Source: Octopus sinensis
Taxonomy: Eukaryota
Assembly: GCF_006345805.1 (NCBI RefSeq)
Contig: NC_042997.1
Location: forward strand, 68,634,001 to 68,698,000
Direction: 5' to 3'
DNA length: 64,000 nucleotides
Each line of letters opens with the position of its first letter. The first letter of the stretch is position 1. The notes under the pieces were generated by a model that did not search any database, was not told where the DNA came from, and saw only the letters and a list, made by a program, of their open reading frames with translations. Made by a program: the position numbers and the translations under genes. Of the stretch, positions 13,122 to 27,101 are shown piece by piece.

Positions 13122-13281
13122 TATTAGGGGAGGAAGCAAAAACCAAGGCAGAACAACTATGTCATTTAGAACAATTCAATTAGGGTATATATATATTACC
13201 ACTTGGGTTATCCTACCCTAATTGAAATGTTCTAAATGACATAGTTGTTCTGCCTTGGTTTTTGGTTTCTCCCCTAATATG

Positions 13282-13363
<82 letters not shown>

Positions 13364-13452
13364 TATCATATTAGGGGAGAAACCAAAAACCAAGGCAGAA
13401 CAACTATGTCATTTAGAACAATTCAATTAGGGTAGGATAACCCAAGTGGTAA
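13001..13452. repeat. Four copies of an ~87-bp unit in +/-/+/- order with (TA)n spacers (double fold-back)
   Basis: Forward copies 13001-13086 and 13196-13282; reverse copies 13119-13187 (truncated) and 13366-13452; near identical. Confidence 0.92.
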
Positions 13453-15240
13453 TTTAGCATGTTCACGCACTGGGTATTCCCTGATCAGAGATAAGGTGTG
13501 AAAGTTTTAGGCAGGGACATTTCACAGTTCACAAGGGATAAGGTAGAAGAATAAAAGAATAACCAGAAGAATAAACTACGTAAATGTAGTTAGAATAATA
13601 CAGACGGGAGAATAATGTTCACAACTTATCATTTTCCTGAGGGTGTGGATGCTTGTCAGTACTTCCAAGAAGGTACAAGTTCTTAGTTAAAATCCCAAGT
13701 ATACCCAGACGGTATTTTGCCTGTAGTTTGAATAACGTATTCATATTGAGTGATAAATAGTATGTATATGTGTATATAGAACAAGAAAGTAAGATAGACA
13801 TAGATGGGTTTGTGAGTGGGTGTATGTGGGAGAGAGAGGAGAAAAAGAGGGAGGAGAAAGGAATAAAATAAGTTAGTGGTAAAAATTTAAAAATAACAAT
13901 AAAAATAAAAATAAAAATAACAGTCAAGGTAAGGATAGAAATACGTCAGTATTGCGTTGGGGTGACAGGAGAAACATTAAAGTTTCAGCAAAGTGTGGGT
14001 GGAGGTCTACTCTAGGTAAGGTCACAAAAAACAATAATTTAGTGGTTAGGACAATAATTTACTGGTTAGACGCAGCCTCAGCTGTGAACTTAGAACCTAA
14101 GGGACTACCAACTATAGCACTTAGTCAGCGTACCTATTCGTTTAGATCACCAATGATCTAAACCCTCCCGTGTAGTATTTAGTAATTTTTAGTCATTAAT
14201 AATTTTTTCTCGTGTTTACAATGGAAAGAAATAGCGATGACTCGCCACCTATACGCAGGGTGTGGTTGGATTTGACATTTCTAAAGTAGGCTTTGGAGAA
14301 GAACGGTGGAGCATTGAGATTATGGGGCAGCTACACACCATGAGAATGCTAGCCATGTGGTGTGAATAAAGTTCGTGAATTTTCTTTCTCTCCAATATGT
14401 GTGTGTAAGAAATGTATGATTTACAGTGTAAAGGGAATATTAATCCACTTTTTATTATGAATAATAGTAAGGTATATTAGCGGTTTCAACATATTGTTCT
14501 CTTTAAATTTTGTTGCCTGCCTGTTCTATATTCTTGGATATTTTTGGTGGACAATCTTCAAATAACCGACGAATACAAATTAGTTTATAACGACCATTTA
14601 TTGCATCTCAGAAAGGTGTCTTAAATTCATTCTCGTATACTGGAACAGCTTATTACAAACAAGTGAGCAATTAGATGTATCATGTCTGAGCTGTTACAAG
14701 AACTGTTAAGTACAATAAAATGCGTATGACATGCAAATAGGCTAAACAGAGAAGCAGTACATAACAAACATTTATATCTAATATAATTCTTCAGTTAATA
14801 TTTGAGATATATGAAATATAATATGAGAGAAACATAGAGTTCAGGAAATATTCAGATGCAAATTATACCCTGTATACACAAGAAACTCTCTCGCTTTAGT
14901 CATTCCGTCTCTGAATGAAATTGTAACGTTAAATGAATATTATTGCTCCTGTATTAGAATTACTTTGGAAAGTTTGTACAGTATCGTGTTCTAAAAGAAA
15001 TAGCATTGGATAATATTGTGAGGATGTTTTATTACTAAATAGGATTTATATCTAGATAAATAATCATGACATTATTACTTAGATGTATAGGTCATCAATA
15101 ATGCATTTTATATTTCTTATCGTATGTATCAATATATATATGTCGAGAAAGAGCTTGTTTTAATTCGCAAATAAGGTCATCAATTGGAATTTCCAGTATA
15201 TGAACTAGTTAGCTATATATACATGTATTTATGTATGTAT

Positions 15241-18200
15241 TTCATTAGTCAGTTGATTTCAAGATTTCTTGCCAATAGAGAAAGAAAACAGTTTCTAACC
15301 TACACCCAAGGCTCCTTCATTGGAATTTCAACGTCAACAACAGGGTATGTATGTATGTATGCATGTATGTATGTATGCATGTATGTATGTATGTATGTAT
15401 GTATGTGCAAATTTGTATGCTTTATGCACGAGGGGCGTTCAATAAGTAATGCCCCTGACACACTTCCCATAGCAGTAGAGCAACGACACTTGGCACAGTT
15501 ATTAGTCTTTTCCTACATAGGAACTACCCAGAGTTATGCATTTCTCCCATCGTTTGATACAGCTCTGGAGACCGTTTTTGTAGAAGACCCCAGCTTGGTC
15601 CTCCAACCACGACGTGACTTCAGAAATCAAGGCTGCATCATCTGGGAAACGCTTTCCTTTCAAAATCAACTTCATGGCTGGGAAGAGGTGAAAATCAGAG
15701 GGTGCAAGGGGAGGAGTTCATAGCCATACGCCTGTGCTTCTGATATGGCGACACGCGAGTTGTTGACCGGAGCGTTGTCCTACATGAGGAGGACGCCTTT
15801 GCTGATCTTGCCCCGCCTCTTGATTTTGATAGCTTCTCTTAATTTCCTCAAAAGTGAAGCATAATAGGCTCCTGTAATTGTGGTACCCTTTGCCAGGAAA
15901 TCTGTCATCACTACTCCGTCCTGGTCCCAGAAGACTGTGAGCATAACCTTGTCAGCGGAGGGCTGCACCCTTGCCTTCTTTGGAGGAGATGATTCACGGT
16001 GCTTTCACTGCATTGACTGGGCTTTGGTCTATGGATCATAGTGATGGACCCAGGTTTTATCCTGTGTGATCAGTCTTTTGAAAAAGTTTGACTCATCTTC
16101 TTGGCATATCTCCAAATTCATCCTCGAGCACTCAACGCGTTCTTGCTTCTGGAAAGGTGTGAGCAACCTGGAAATCCATCTGGCAGACACCTTTTGCATA
16201 TGCAAATGGTCATGAATGATAGTTTCCACAGACCCGGTACTAATCTTGACCTTATGGGCTATTTGGCGAATAGTTATGCGTTGACCTTCCAAAATGACAG
16301 CCTCAACTTAACGGACAGACGTCTCATCAACGGCAGAAAGGGGCGACCACATCTGGGAGCTGTTTCCACAGAGTTCCGACTATGTTTGAATTCACAATGC
16401 CAGCGTTTTACAAGGTCATATGATGGGGCATCATCACCATAAGTTACTTTCATTTCATCAAAAGTCTCCCGTGGTGTGCGTCCTTTCAAATACAAAAACC
16501 AGATCACTGCTCGACACTCAACAGGCTCCATTTCACACTTGACTCAGTTCAAACACCTGTAAAGCAGAAACCACAATTAGTTCAGAGCTGTATTTCGCCA
16601 CTTAATCTATAGAGGTATAAATAAGTGCACATGCAAAATTTCAGCTAGATCAAACAACTGCAAGTGGGTCAGGGGCATTACTTATTGAACGCCCCTCGTA
16701 TGTACGCTCATGCATATAGTTGCATATCTAGACATGCTCCAGAGATTTTTACAGTTCCAGTAATGGATTGGATCTGTAGTCTTCGAATTACCTTTCTCCT
16801 TTCTGGTTTTGAGAAGCCTATTTTCTCAACATTGGCATTTAGGCAGTGTGTTACACATCCCAGGACCCCATTAATTACAGGTATAAACCTGAAATTGTAA
16901 TCTGGATAGAATAACAGCAGATTTCTCAATAGTTCATCATGGGTGTTCTCTTTTTCACAGATCTTCAGCTTAATGTTAAAATCCGCTGGGCAGCTAATTT
17001 CCACAACTGTGCACAGTTTTTCTTCTCTTCTTCTCTACTCCGAATCCTTATATCAGGTCTGTTGTGCTTACATTTTATTGAGGTCTTTACTGGGACATTC
17101 CAGCAGTATTCCTTATTATGAGTGACTATGGCTTCTACCATATTGTGAGGTTTTTATTCCTTTGTCCTTGGGGCTATCCTTCCGACGGATTTCATTATAG
17201 AGTGTCCAAGCTACAACGTCATATCTCATCGGTAGGTAATACCGTGATGAAATTTTCGGGCAACTGCTTATGCTGTGGGTGATATCTTCAGTGTGAACTC
17301 CACAAAGTCTGCATCGGTTGTTACATTTTACGGCCTTACCTGCAACTCTATCTCATTTGAGCATCAGGTACTTGGTTGATATTTCATGTTGCTGGATTGC
17401 AAACGCATACCCTTAAAAGTGGGAGGTAGTAATCCGGCTATTCGTCCTTGATAAATTGCTTTCATGATCGATGTTACTATCATCACGGAGTTTTCTAAGT
17501 AATATATCCATGCATAGTCTTCTGCTCATATAAGCTCATCCTTTCATCTTATAATACGTTGCGGTAGAGTTGTGCGACTTCTTTGGGCATGTATTCAAGG
17601 TTATCAGCCAAAGAGTGTTGCTTAATGAGCTGTCTTCAAAATCTTATGATGTTATCAGCCTCATGTATGCTGACTTGGTCAAAGGATGTACTTCGACACT
17701 TGGTGGTTAAAAGACGTTGCCGAAGGGATATGATGAGACATTCAACGGCATTTTGGATTGATGTTAAGTGTGTTCTGTTTCCACTGTTTATGTGGAAATT
17801 ATGTGTGCCTGTTAGTAGTTTTCGGGTTTTCAGATCAATGACTCGGATCTCATCAAGCGTCCAATCAAGCAGCCTAAATGTTGGTAGAGTATTGGCACTG
17901 CAAATGCATTGTGGGCTTTATTGAATGCAGATAGCTTTCAGGTCCAAATTTTCTTTATTCGGCTCTAATATTCTTTAGTGACACGTGTTTTGCTACAGGT
18001 GATATTGTAAGATATAATTTCATCCACCCCTAGATACCTGTAACATTCCTCGTCAGATACAGGGGAAGCAGTCAAATCAGTAAGGGAGATGTTACTAGTC
18101 TGAGTTATAGTTTTCCACCTATTTCACAACGATATAACAACATTATCCTGACCAAACTCCAATCCTACATCCTTTGAGAATGTTGTAACGAGGTCAAGGA

Positions 18201-20442
18201 TCTTTTTCATCTCATGCATATTCTTTGCATAAAGAGACAGTGTGTAATTTTGGTATTTCTGTTTCTTTGTGAACCAATGAGATATCATTCAGACTTCCTT
18301 AACATGAATGTCAAGGGGTTTACAGAAAGCACAAACAGCATCACAGAGAGGCTGTCTCCTGGGAATATGCCTTTGCGATACTGTATTCTATCGGTGATAA
18401 TACATTCACTCTTTGTGTTTAATTTCAAGGTGGTGACCCACGATGAAGTCAGGTCAGCTATGGCTTTGACTATTCTCACCCTAGCCACATTGAAACTAGA
18501 TTCTTTCTATGCTCTCGTACCTCTGAGATCACAGTTTTGTTGGTTAACAACTGATTGGCACATCCCCAGACTCCTTTCTTCCCAGCTGTTTGTTCTGCTC
18601 TGATAGTGTTATTTGTTTCACAATGGCCCTGGAGGAAGAGGTTAAACATGCTGTATATATTTTATACATTAAGATCTGGCATGCAATTGGCCGGTAGATT
18701 TTTGCCATGTGGGTGGTTCTGCATTTGGGGATAAATTTTGTTTCTACTAGAGCTAACCAGTGTGGTATGCTACTGTTCCCAATAAAATGTTGCTGGTACA
18801 GAGTGATAAGAGATGGTCAATACAATGTTAGCTTCTTGTACCACCTTCCAACAATCGAGTCTCTTCCAGGTGCTTTTCCATTCTAGAGTTTCTGGATCAC
18901 AGTTGCAGGAGTTTCACCATCAGTGTTGTATGTCTTGGATGTAATGCCGGAGCAATAACGTTATCAGATTTCTTCCAGCCACAGAATATCTTGGCTAAAT
19001 TCCTACTCTTTACTCCAGATTTTCTTCCAGGAGGTGTCTATGTCTTCTCGTGAAGGAGCTTCCGTGATGTTTACTGTTCCTCCCCCCATGTCTCTGTATA
19101 CTGCTGCCTGGTTGCGGTTAATTTTTTTGTTTATTTTTCTTCTCTCGGTTATTCTCTTCTGATGTCGGAGCTTTTCACTGATAGCTTTTAGCTCTTGCTT
19201 GAGGGTAATTAGTTTGTAAGAGAGGTTCTCTTTTATGCGGCCTCCAAACATCATTTCTATCTCCTTTTTTACTTTCTGTTGGTGGGACGTATAATGATTT
19301 GCTTGTTTGCATGCAATAAGCATCATTACATGACTGATGGTCTTCCGTAGACCAGTTATCTTTTTCTCTGTCTTCAAAACCCATGATGGCACTTTCTTTG
19401 TTATTTCAGTTTTGTTTCCTTTTTGAATATCCTTCATGTACTGTTCTACAGTGGTAGCCAGAGCATATAGACAGGCGTTAATGTGCCAGTATGTGGGTCC
19501 ATCACACTATTGTAAATAATCATCACCAATTTCGTTAACAGCTTTTAATACAGTATCTGGTGTTTTTTTATTTACTTTGATAGAGAATACTCTCTCCTCG
19601 AGAGAGTCCTTCAAACGTAGCTATTTTTTTCGGAAAATTTCAGTAAGGACTCATTTCATTGGCATGTAATCCTGACTACCACCACTATTACTAAAATAAT
19701 CGTTGCAGTTTTGCCTACTATTTATCATAGTCGTAGTAGGAGGTCAGTGGTCAGTTACTTGAGCCAGTAATGTAGTTCGGCTGGCAGGCACTATAGAATC
19801 TGTTGGAATGTCGCTAGCTGCGAAACCACGTAGTGGTCTTATATCATTCACGTTTTTTTTTCGTTTATAGAGTTTAGGAACAAGGTTAATTTTCAGTTTC
19901 TTAATAAAGTTACAGTTACTATTATTCTTTCTATGTTCTACAAATGTTGCTTGTTGGCGTAGCTGCTTCGCAGTAAAATGATTTACTTCTGGATGCTGAT
20001 CGTCCCAGTATAATTTCAATCGATTCATATAGCCAACAGTGCGGTTTTGTTTCGCTTTTTCTTAGCAGTTAAATACATCAGTACCAATTCATAACTCCAA
20101 GAGAAATGAATTTTGTAGTTACGGTTTCTTTTATAACTACAGCTAGAAAGAATTCTTCTACCTGTTGAGCTGCTGTTTTCGTTCTGTTCCTCGATTATGC
20201 TGTTGTTGATGCTGTATCCACCCATGTTGTTTGTAGTAACTCTGTGCATGCTTAAATTCAAATTTCAGTCGAAAATCACTAAGATCGCGAATAAAAGGCC
20301 TCCTCAGTTAATTCATCTGAAGATTAGCCAGTTATTTAACAAGGCTGCTAGTTGCGGATCCAATGCTGGAGATAGTATTTATCGTATTTTCGTTAAAGAG
20401 TTTCCCGCGCCAAATACGCGACTTGCCGCTTCGAATGTTTCG
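15241..20442 (-). mobile_element. Near full-length but dead R4/Dong-like non-LTR retrotransposon (RT + CCHC + RLE endonuclease), interrupted by a mariner
   Basis: N-terminal 'KLYWDDQHPEVNHFTAKQLRQQA'; RT 'YRKGIFPGDSLSVMLFVLSVNPL' and 'FSKDVGLEFG', with the xDD catalytic motif apparently deleted near 18235; 'CRLCGVHTEDITHSISSC..RYD'; 'HNRPDI'; C-terminal 'FIPVINGVLG..RRLQIQSITGTVKI'. About 3.9 kb without the mariner; (TATG)n at both ends. Confidence 0.88.
15429..16698 (-). mobile_element. Mariner (DD34D-type) transposon with decayed transposase
   Basis: Identical 31-bp TIRs cgaggggcgttcaataagtaatgcccctgac (15429-15459 and 16668-16698); TA on the right, CA (mutated TA) on the left. Transposase pieces 'MEPVECRAVIWFL..GRP', 'KVSARWISRLLT..ITQDKTWVHHYDP', 'KVMLTVFWDQDGVV', '*DNAP', 'SDFHLFP'; frameshifted. 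Confidence 0.95.
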
Positions 20443-21939
20443 TGTATGTATGCATGTATGTAAATATGTTGTGAACATATTTTTAATGTAGGTAATATCT
20501 TGAAAGTTAATTCAATGGAATTTGCATCGGTTGTTTCAGTTAATTGATTTCCCTATATTCCTATTTCATTTGAGGACTAGATATTTTGATGCTATTACTG
20601 TGACGATTGAAAAGTCATCCCTTCAGTCAGAACTAATGTATTGGTCATATATCTCAGTTTACTTTTCCTTGAGTGTATGTATATACTCGATTACCAGGTA
20701 GGGAATATTTTCCGAAAAGGACGCTTTCAACTTAGATGACATTATTTCCCATATATGTATGCTAGATGCCGTGTGATTAGTAGAAGTACTCGAAAGATAT
20801 TACATTCAAAAGGTCGTTTGAACTGATTCTAAAATCTTGTTTCCTTGTTTTCCTTTCAGGTAAAGATTGATTTTATTGCTGTTGAGTTGGAAACTTTTAG
20901 TGTGCTCTAATATTTTTCATGGATTAACATCAAAAGCCTGGAACTCATCTAACATATATTTTGTGTTAATACAGATAGAGAAAGCATTGTGGAATACCTA
21001 TATATAGGAAGAGAGATCTGAAGAACATATTTTTCTTCTGAGTGCTCTATTACCTGCTTACATTTTCTTTATGATTTCTGTCAGAAGATATATTTTATCT
21101 GTCCTTATATGTTAATAACAATCCTCATCAGATATCGGAGGAATGCTCATACTAAGCCATTGATAAAAGTGTCTGATGAATGGCTTGTAGTTTTCCTCTA
21201 TTTCTATAAGAATGCACAAATATTTAGCCTGTACAATCCCTATATTCTTTGAGCTATCCCCAATAGACCAAAGCTCCTTTTCGCGCACCAGTCATAATTC
21301 TAGTGTACACATTTAGGCCGTTCACAAACTATCCGTGACGTAGTTGTATGTTTCCAGTTCTTCGCGTGATTCCTGATCTTAAAAATACACTTATAATAGA
21401 AGTCTCTGATAGCCAAGGGGCTAAAAAGGGTCGGCAGGTACTTAAGAGATATGACATGGATGCAGCTTGGCTACCTAAGAGCCTATAAAGTGAGGGCCGA
21501 AGCATTTGTTTGAAGAGAGTTCTTCTCTCAAGACCTACTGTTCAAACTCTCTTGGGAGTTTCTTAACACTACCAGTGACATCATAGCAACTTCTTGTATT
21601 TAGGTTGGTGATGGTGTCCGAAGCTAAGTTACCTTCGTCACTGATTATGTTATCCGAAACTTTAACGGTTTCTACTGTCAATGTATTCTTGTAATCAAAC
21701 TACATTGTAACTATATTCTATGCTGCCTCACGTATGAAATCAAATTTTTGTTGATTAGCTTATTGCCGAGTACATCCTGAAAATATTTTCTTCCCTGCTC
21801 ACCAAGGTGTAATCTTGTTTCTAACACAATCATAGTAGACGAATAGGTTAAGTTTGGTATTTATTTTATATATTAAATTCTGGCATTTTTTAAATAACTT
21901 GTACTAGATTTTTTGTTACCAACAACAAAAATAGGATAC

Positions 21940-22047
<108 letters not shown>

Positions 22048-22819
22048 ATATATATATTCTTATTGAGATCTTGCTTGACACAGATGAGTATGATGCTATC
22101 GATTGGCAGTCATATTTTTTTTATTAGTACCAACAAACCGAATCTTTTCCGATATTATTCCGCTATCTTAAATCTATCACTTTATTGATACAGTATGTGT
22201 TTTGTGTAATACAAGAACAATAAATCTTCGAATATTCTTCTAGACACGCTTCATCCGAGATAAACTCCACTTTCTCCTTGCAGGATTTTCATAAGGAGTC
22301 TATGTGCTTTGAAATATCCTGGTTTCCATTGAATTTCTTTTACATACTGTGACTGCTTATATATATCTGGCGATTCATTCATTTTCATGTATTCTATTAG
22401 TTTCAACTGTGTCTAATCTGTTTTTCAGTTGTCTCGTAGAGGGTGTGGATAATTGTTTGTATGTGAGAAGCCGTACGATATAACCAACATTTTGTCTGTA
22501 GGTGGACAATGATATTTTTTACTCTAATCCAAATCCATAATGGTATTTATTATTATTTGATTGCATTTAGTATTGCAAATAGGTACTGCACTACTGTTGA
22601 CGCCTGGGCAGACAAAATGAATGGCTGTTGCAACCAATTCATCTTCTGATATGCTCCCACTGCAATTTAAGTATGGTGTAGTCTAGTTTTGCTGTCTGTG
22701 TATATCTAACTTTCGTTTTCACTCTGATTCTCTCTTTCATTGCCTCTATACATGATTATATATATATATGTATAGCTAAATACATATTTCTAGTCCTCTC
22801 CATTCTTCTTTTTCTGCTT

Positions 22820-22820
22820 C

Positions 22821-22886
<66 letters not shown>

Positions 22887-22922
22887 TTCTTCTTCTTCTT
22901 CTTCTTCTTCTTCTTCTTCTTC
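22820..22922. repeat. (CAT)n-(CTT)n compound microsatellite
   Basis: Read directly; it produces the poly-E/poly-D ORF 22776-22988. Confidence 0.95.
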
Positions 22923-23397
22923 TTTCTTTCTTTCTCTCCTTTCAATACATATGTATATGCCTATGTGTGCCTGTCTATTTAAAAGCAATAGTCACGAAGC
23001 GAAACACTAAGACTTTTAGTATACATGAAAACATAACTACGTATGTATATACTCACGTGTACACATACATGCATTCATTTATACACACACTCATGTGCAT
23101 AGAGTCATCGGTAAGCAACCTCTGGGAAGAGAATGATGCCAATAACGAAAGGTTACTAACTGTAGACTCTTCTGAAACTATGTATGATTTGTGAAGCATA
23201 GATTAATAGCCTCATAAAGATTCCGTGTAATACCTACCAGAAAGTAAGTGTTGCTTCTATGCAATAAGCAAAGGAACAAACTAGAACTGTTTGTTCTCGT
23301 TTAATGTTTGCCATTTAATTTGGTGCTATGAGTAATAGGCTAATATGACATAGTAAAATTATTGTAGTTTGGGAGACGCAATAATATCAATTACCGA

Positions 23398-23454
23398 CCT
23401 ACCTACCTACCTACCTACCTACCTACCTACCTACCTACCTACCTACCTACCTAC
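23398..23454. repeat. (CCTA)n microsatellite
   Basis: Read directly. Confidence 0.95.
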
Positions 23455-25464
23455 GTACGCTGAAAATTATGCGCTGAGAGAATGCAAGACACTATTTTTT
23501 AACACGACTTGTGTCCTAGCACAATCATTAAACACTACCCACATGGCATAACGAACTAAGCACATAAATATATATATTGTTTTTATTAAATGATATCTAT
23601 CTCGAACCAGATGGGGTACTTTTTTGGTTGATCTTACCATCCCGGAACAGTACACTACACACACTCTCTCTCTCTCTCGCGCGCGCACGCGCACACACGC
23701 ACACTCATGCATATCCAAATATATACAAGCATTTATATCTACATAGGTACATATATATGTACAAACATATATATATTGTTATATAAACATATATATGTAT
23801 TTACATATATATATATATATATATATATGAATATATCAAATAACTGATATATTCGCACAAACACGCATAAAGTAGTATATAGCAATCGATATTTAGCTGA
23901 AGCGTACTCACGCAAACAGAGGTCTGGATAAAAATTCTGGAACACTAATTGATACTATTGAGTACTTCCTTCCACTTACGTGCGTTTCACACTAGAAGCG
24001 TTAAGAAGATCATTTCGCAATCTTGCCTTATTACTTTCGATTCCGCTCCGAAGTGTCTGGAACAAGTGTCATTTTGAATGCCCTCAGTTGAAACTGAGTT
24101 GATGGAAAATGTATGCAAGCCAGCTTGATAGATTTTATCTGAAATTGATAGGTGCTGACTTATCACATTGTGTTATACTAATTTTGTTTGAGAATGGGTT
24201 TCAGGAGAAGTATGTCATATTAATTTCTGGAGCTTGTGCAAGCAATTTATTGAACAACAGAAGAATCATGGCCATTTACTATATATATACGTCTCTTTTC
24301 TGTTCGGCTGCCGCTTTTCAATTTCTTCACTTTTACTCCAGTTGATTTCATATCTGGTGAATTGTTGTAGAGTAATTATTGATATGGAATTCATTTTTGC
24401 TATAAATCGTTAAATAACGAACTAATAGCTTTTAAAATTTCCAAAATTTGGGTAGTTTGAGCCAATCGCAAGCCACCGATATATACATGCCTGTTTCCAT
24501 AGTAAGAAGCCAAACTGTTACCAAGCTGCTTATCACTCTGTTGTTGTTCGGTTCAGCCACATTGGCAATTTTTGCTTTAAAACACATAAGACATGACGTG
24601 GTCGTGAGCTGTGCTCAAACGAACAGCTAAATAGGCTTTAAATCAAACATAATCGTATGAATTCCCATGTGTAGAATACGAATTTGCAAAAAATTTCTAA
24701 AAATTCCAAAAATAAAAAAGTTATTACGACGTGCGTAAAGAAGAATCCCGCAAATATTTCGTCTGTTTATAACTGATATTAAAATACGTACTATCACCCA
24801 ATGATAATGCCACTTGCCGTCACGTACAAAATGACATCTTCCAGATGCTGTTTTCTGACTGGGTAAAAATGATCAAACATTAAACCTCTATATATTTTCT
24901 AAAAAATTTTGCTCGTTTTAGGTCCTGAAATTTAGCGTGAAAAATTACATAAGTACCCAAACTTTGAAAATGTTCACTTCACTTTAAAATTTGCAAAGGT
25001 GCAGCCAAACAGAAAAAATCCCTGTAATCTTTTTACTTATACACAACTCTCATTCTCTCTCTCTCTCTTTCTCTCTCCCTCACACACACACATAAATTCA
25101 CACTTGTGCTTATGTGCGAGTATTGTGTCTATCAAATACACCTACATATGGCTCGGCTATTAGTATCCCAAATAATTTTGCAAATATAGCTAAAAAACAT
25201 GCACTTATCCGAGTTATATAATATATATGTATATGATATATAATTTCAGAGTTATCTATGACTTAATTAGCTTCTTTAAGAGAGTAGAGTGCTTTTTGGG
25301 TGAGATACGACTGCCACCTCTAGTAGGTTTAACAACCACACAGAAATTCCTTCACTGTATTGATGGCGAAGGCAATGGGGACAATCTGTCTTAGTGTTAC
25401 TGGTAGTGAGAACAATGATAATTATTCTTGTTGTTATTGGTGGGCTTAGAATTATATCTGCGTT

Positions 25465-26115
25465 AACGGTGGTGAGTGTGGTTGTTTTGGCAATAGTCTT
25501 TGAGGTGACGTTTGTAGTATTGAATTTGTGGCAATGATGTTTGCTGTAGTGGTGGTGGTTGTGATGGTGGCTGTGCTGATGATTGCTGCGGTACAGCAGT
25601 TATGCCGTTTCCGGTAGTGATATTGAAGGTGATGCTCGTAGTGTTGTTGATGGTGATAGCAATCGTGGTGGTGGTAGTGATGATGATGGTGCTGAGAAGA
25701 TGCTGGTGTTTGCGTTGATGGTGCTCTTACTTGCAGGGATCGTATTGGTGATAATGCCATTGTGGTTGTGGCTGTGGTGTTTTGTGGGGATGATACTGAT
25801 GATAATGAATTTGTTGGTGGTGATGCTGCTGCTGCTAGTTCAGGTGGTTGTAGTTGTGTTAAGTGCTTAAGTTGTTGTTAATGGTGGTGGTGGTGGTGGT
25901 AGAGGTTCAGTTTGTAGTGATCAATGCGTGATGGGGATACTGTGTGTAGTAGTAGTAATAGTAGTTATTGTAGAGGTGATGGTGGTGGTGGTACTGATAA
26001 TAGTTCAGCAGTATTCATGTTGGTGGTGTTGATGATGACGATGGTGATAACGATGTACTTGACGGCGACGTTAATGATACCGACGATCATTACGATGATG
26101 ATTGATGATGTTGAC
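25465..26115. repeat. Degenerate compound GTG/GAT/GTT/GTA trinucleotide low-complexity tract
   Basis: Read directly; explains ORFs 25452-25760, 25583-25870 and 25924-26172. Confidence 0.85.
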
Positions 26116-27063
26116 GATCTTGAAAGCGACAAAATAATCAGAAGGCAATCAAATTTAAGAAATGGATTGTAAGTGATAAAGCAGTAACACTGTTTGCTTA
26201 ACTCATGTTAAAATCTTTGTTTGAATTGTGCTTCAAGTTAATTATTTCTAATAATTTTCTTATTCTGGGGCTTTTAGCAGAGATAAACAAATACCTTTAT
26301 CTATCATTAACTCAGAGATGTTACTTTGAGTGTTTCATTTGTTACTAGTTTTTTGCTCTTGTTGTCGCTGCTGTTGCTGTTTCATCTACTGTTATCGTTG
26401 TTCTTGATGTTATTCTTTACTTTGCTTCCCCAACCAAGTTTGCTGAGATCGATCAAATCTATGATTAAAGACTTATCATCGATGATCATTCCACTTTCTG
26501 CCCCCAGACATAATGTACATAAGGCTACATAAGCCACTTTCCTCATTATCTATTAAAGAAGGGAACTTGTGATATGTGAGAGATTTTGCTGATATTTCAT
26601 GTAGGTCGAGTCATAACGTAAATGTTTACTTAGTATATCTTTCATCGTTACCACACCAAGTCCGTCTTTCCCACATGCTGTTGCAAGTAAAGGTACAGTA
26701 GTGCAAGTAGCTGCATCCTGCTGTGATTGCTCCCGCATATATTACAATCTTCCTTGCGATGAAACAACAGAGCTGGTGCTAGTTCGTTTTTATAGAAGGC
26801 ACGATAATCAACTACTAGAAAGGGAGGTCACACGTCATTTGTTATTTCAAGTTCGAGTCCGGTCTTACGCTAAAATTGAAAGCACAAGTTTGATAAGACG
26901 ATTAGTCGCATGTCATGGATACAGTAGTATGATCACAGTAATGTATCTTTTTTGTTCAACCACATCAGCGATTTTACTGCATTTCTCACTTGTGGTAGCT
27001 GCAGCTCAAGCACTCATGGTTGGTATTCCTTCGCACAGTTATCAATAATCCAGTCTTTGCATT

Positions 27064-27101
27064 CACCTTAAAAATGCATATATATATGCATTTTTAAGGT
27101 G
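27064..27101. repeat. Perfect 38-bp palindrome centred on (TA)n
   Basis: caccttaaaaatgcatatatatatgcatttttaaggtg equals its own reverse complement. Confidence 0.95.

Noticed and set aside
13001-13452. CRISPR-like reading of the repeated 87-bp unit
   Set aside because: Units alternate in orientation, spacers are (TA)n, there are no cas genes, and the context is eukaryotic.
23238-23249. cag|AAA|gtaagt as a 3-nt microexon; likewise tag|AC|gtaagt near 53017 and tag|A|gtaagt near 49449
   Set aside because: Weak pyrimidine tracts or frame-shifting length; a few such juxtapositions are expected by chance given the number of GTAAGT motifs.
26550-27050. Possible ancient mariner relic on the - strand ('AAATTSEKCSKIADVVEQKRYITV', 'GKDGLGVVTMKDILSK')
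   Set aside because: Resemblance is faint, with many stops and no TIRs; a profile search against DD34D transposases would be needed.
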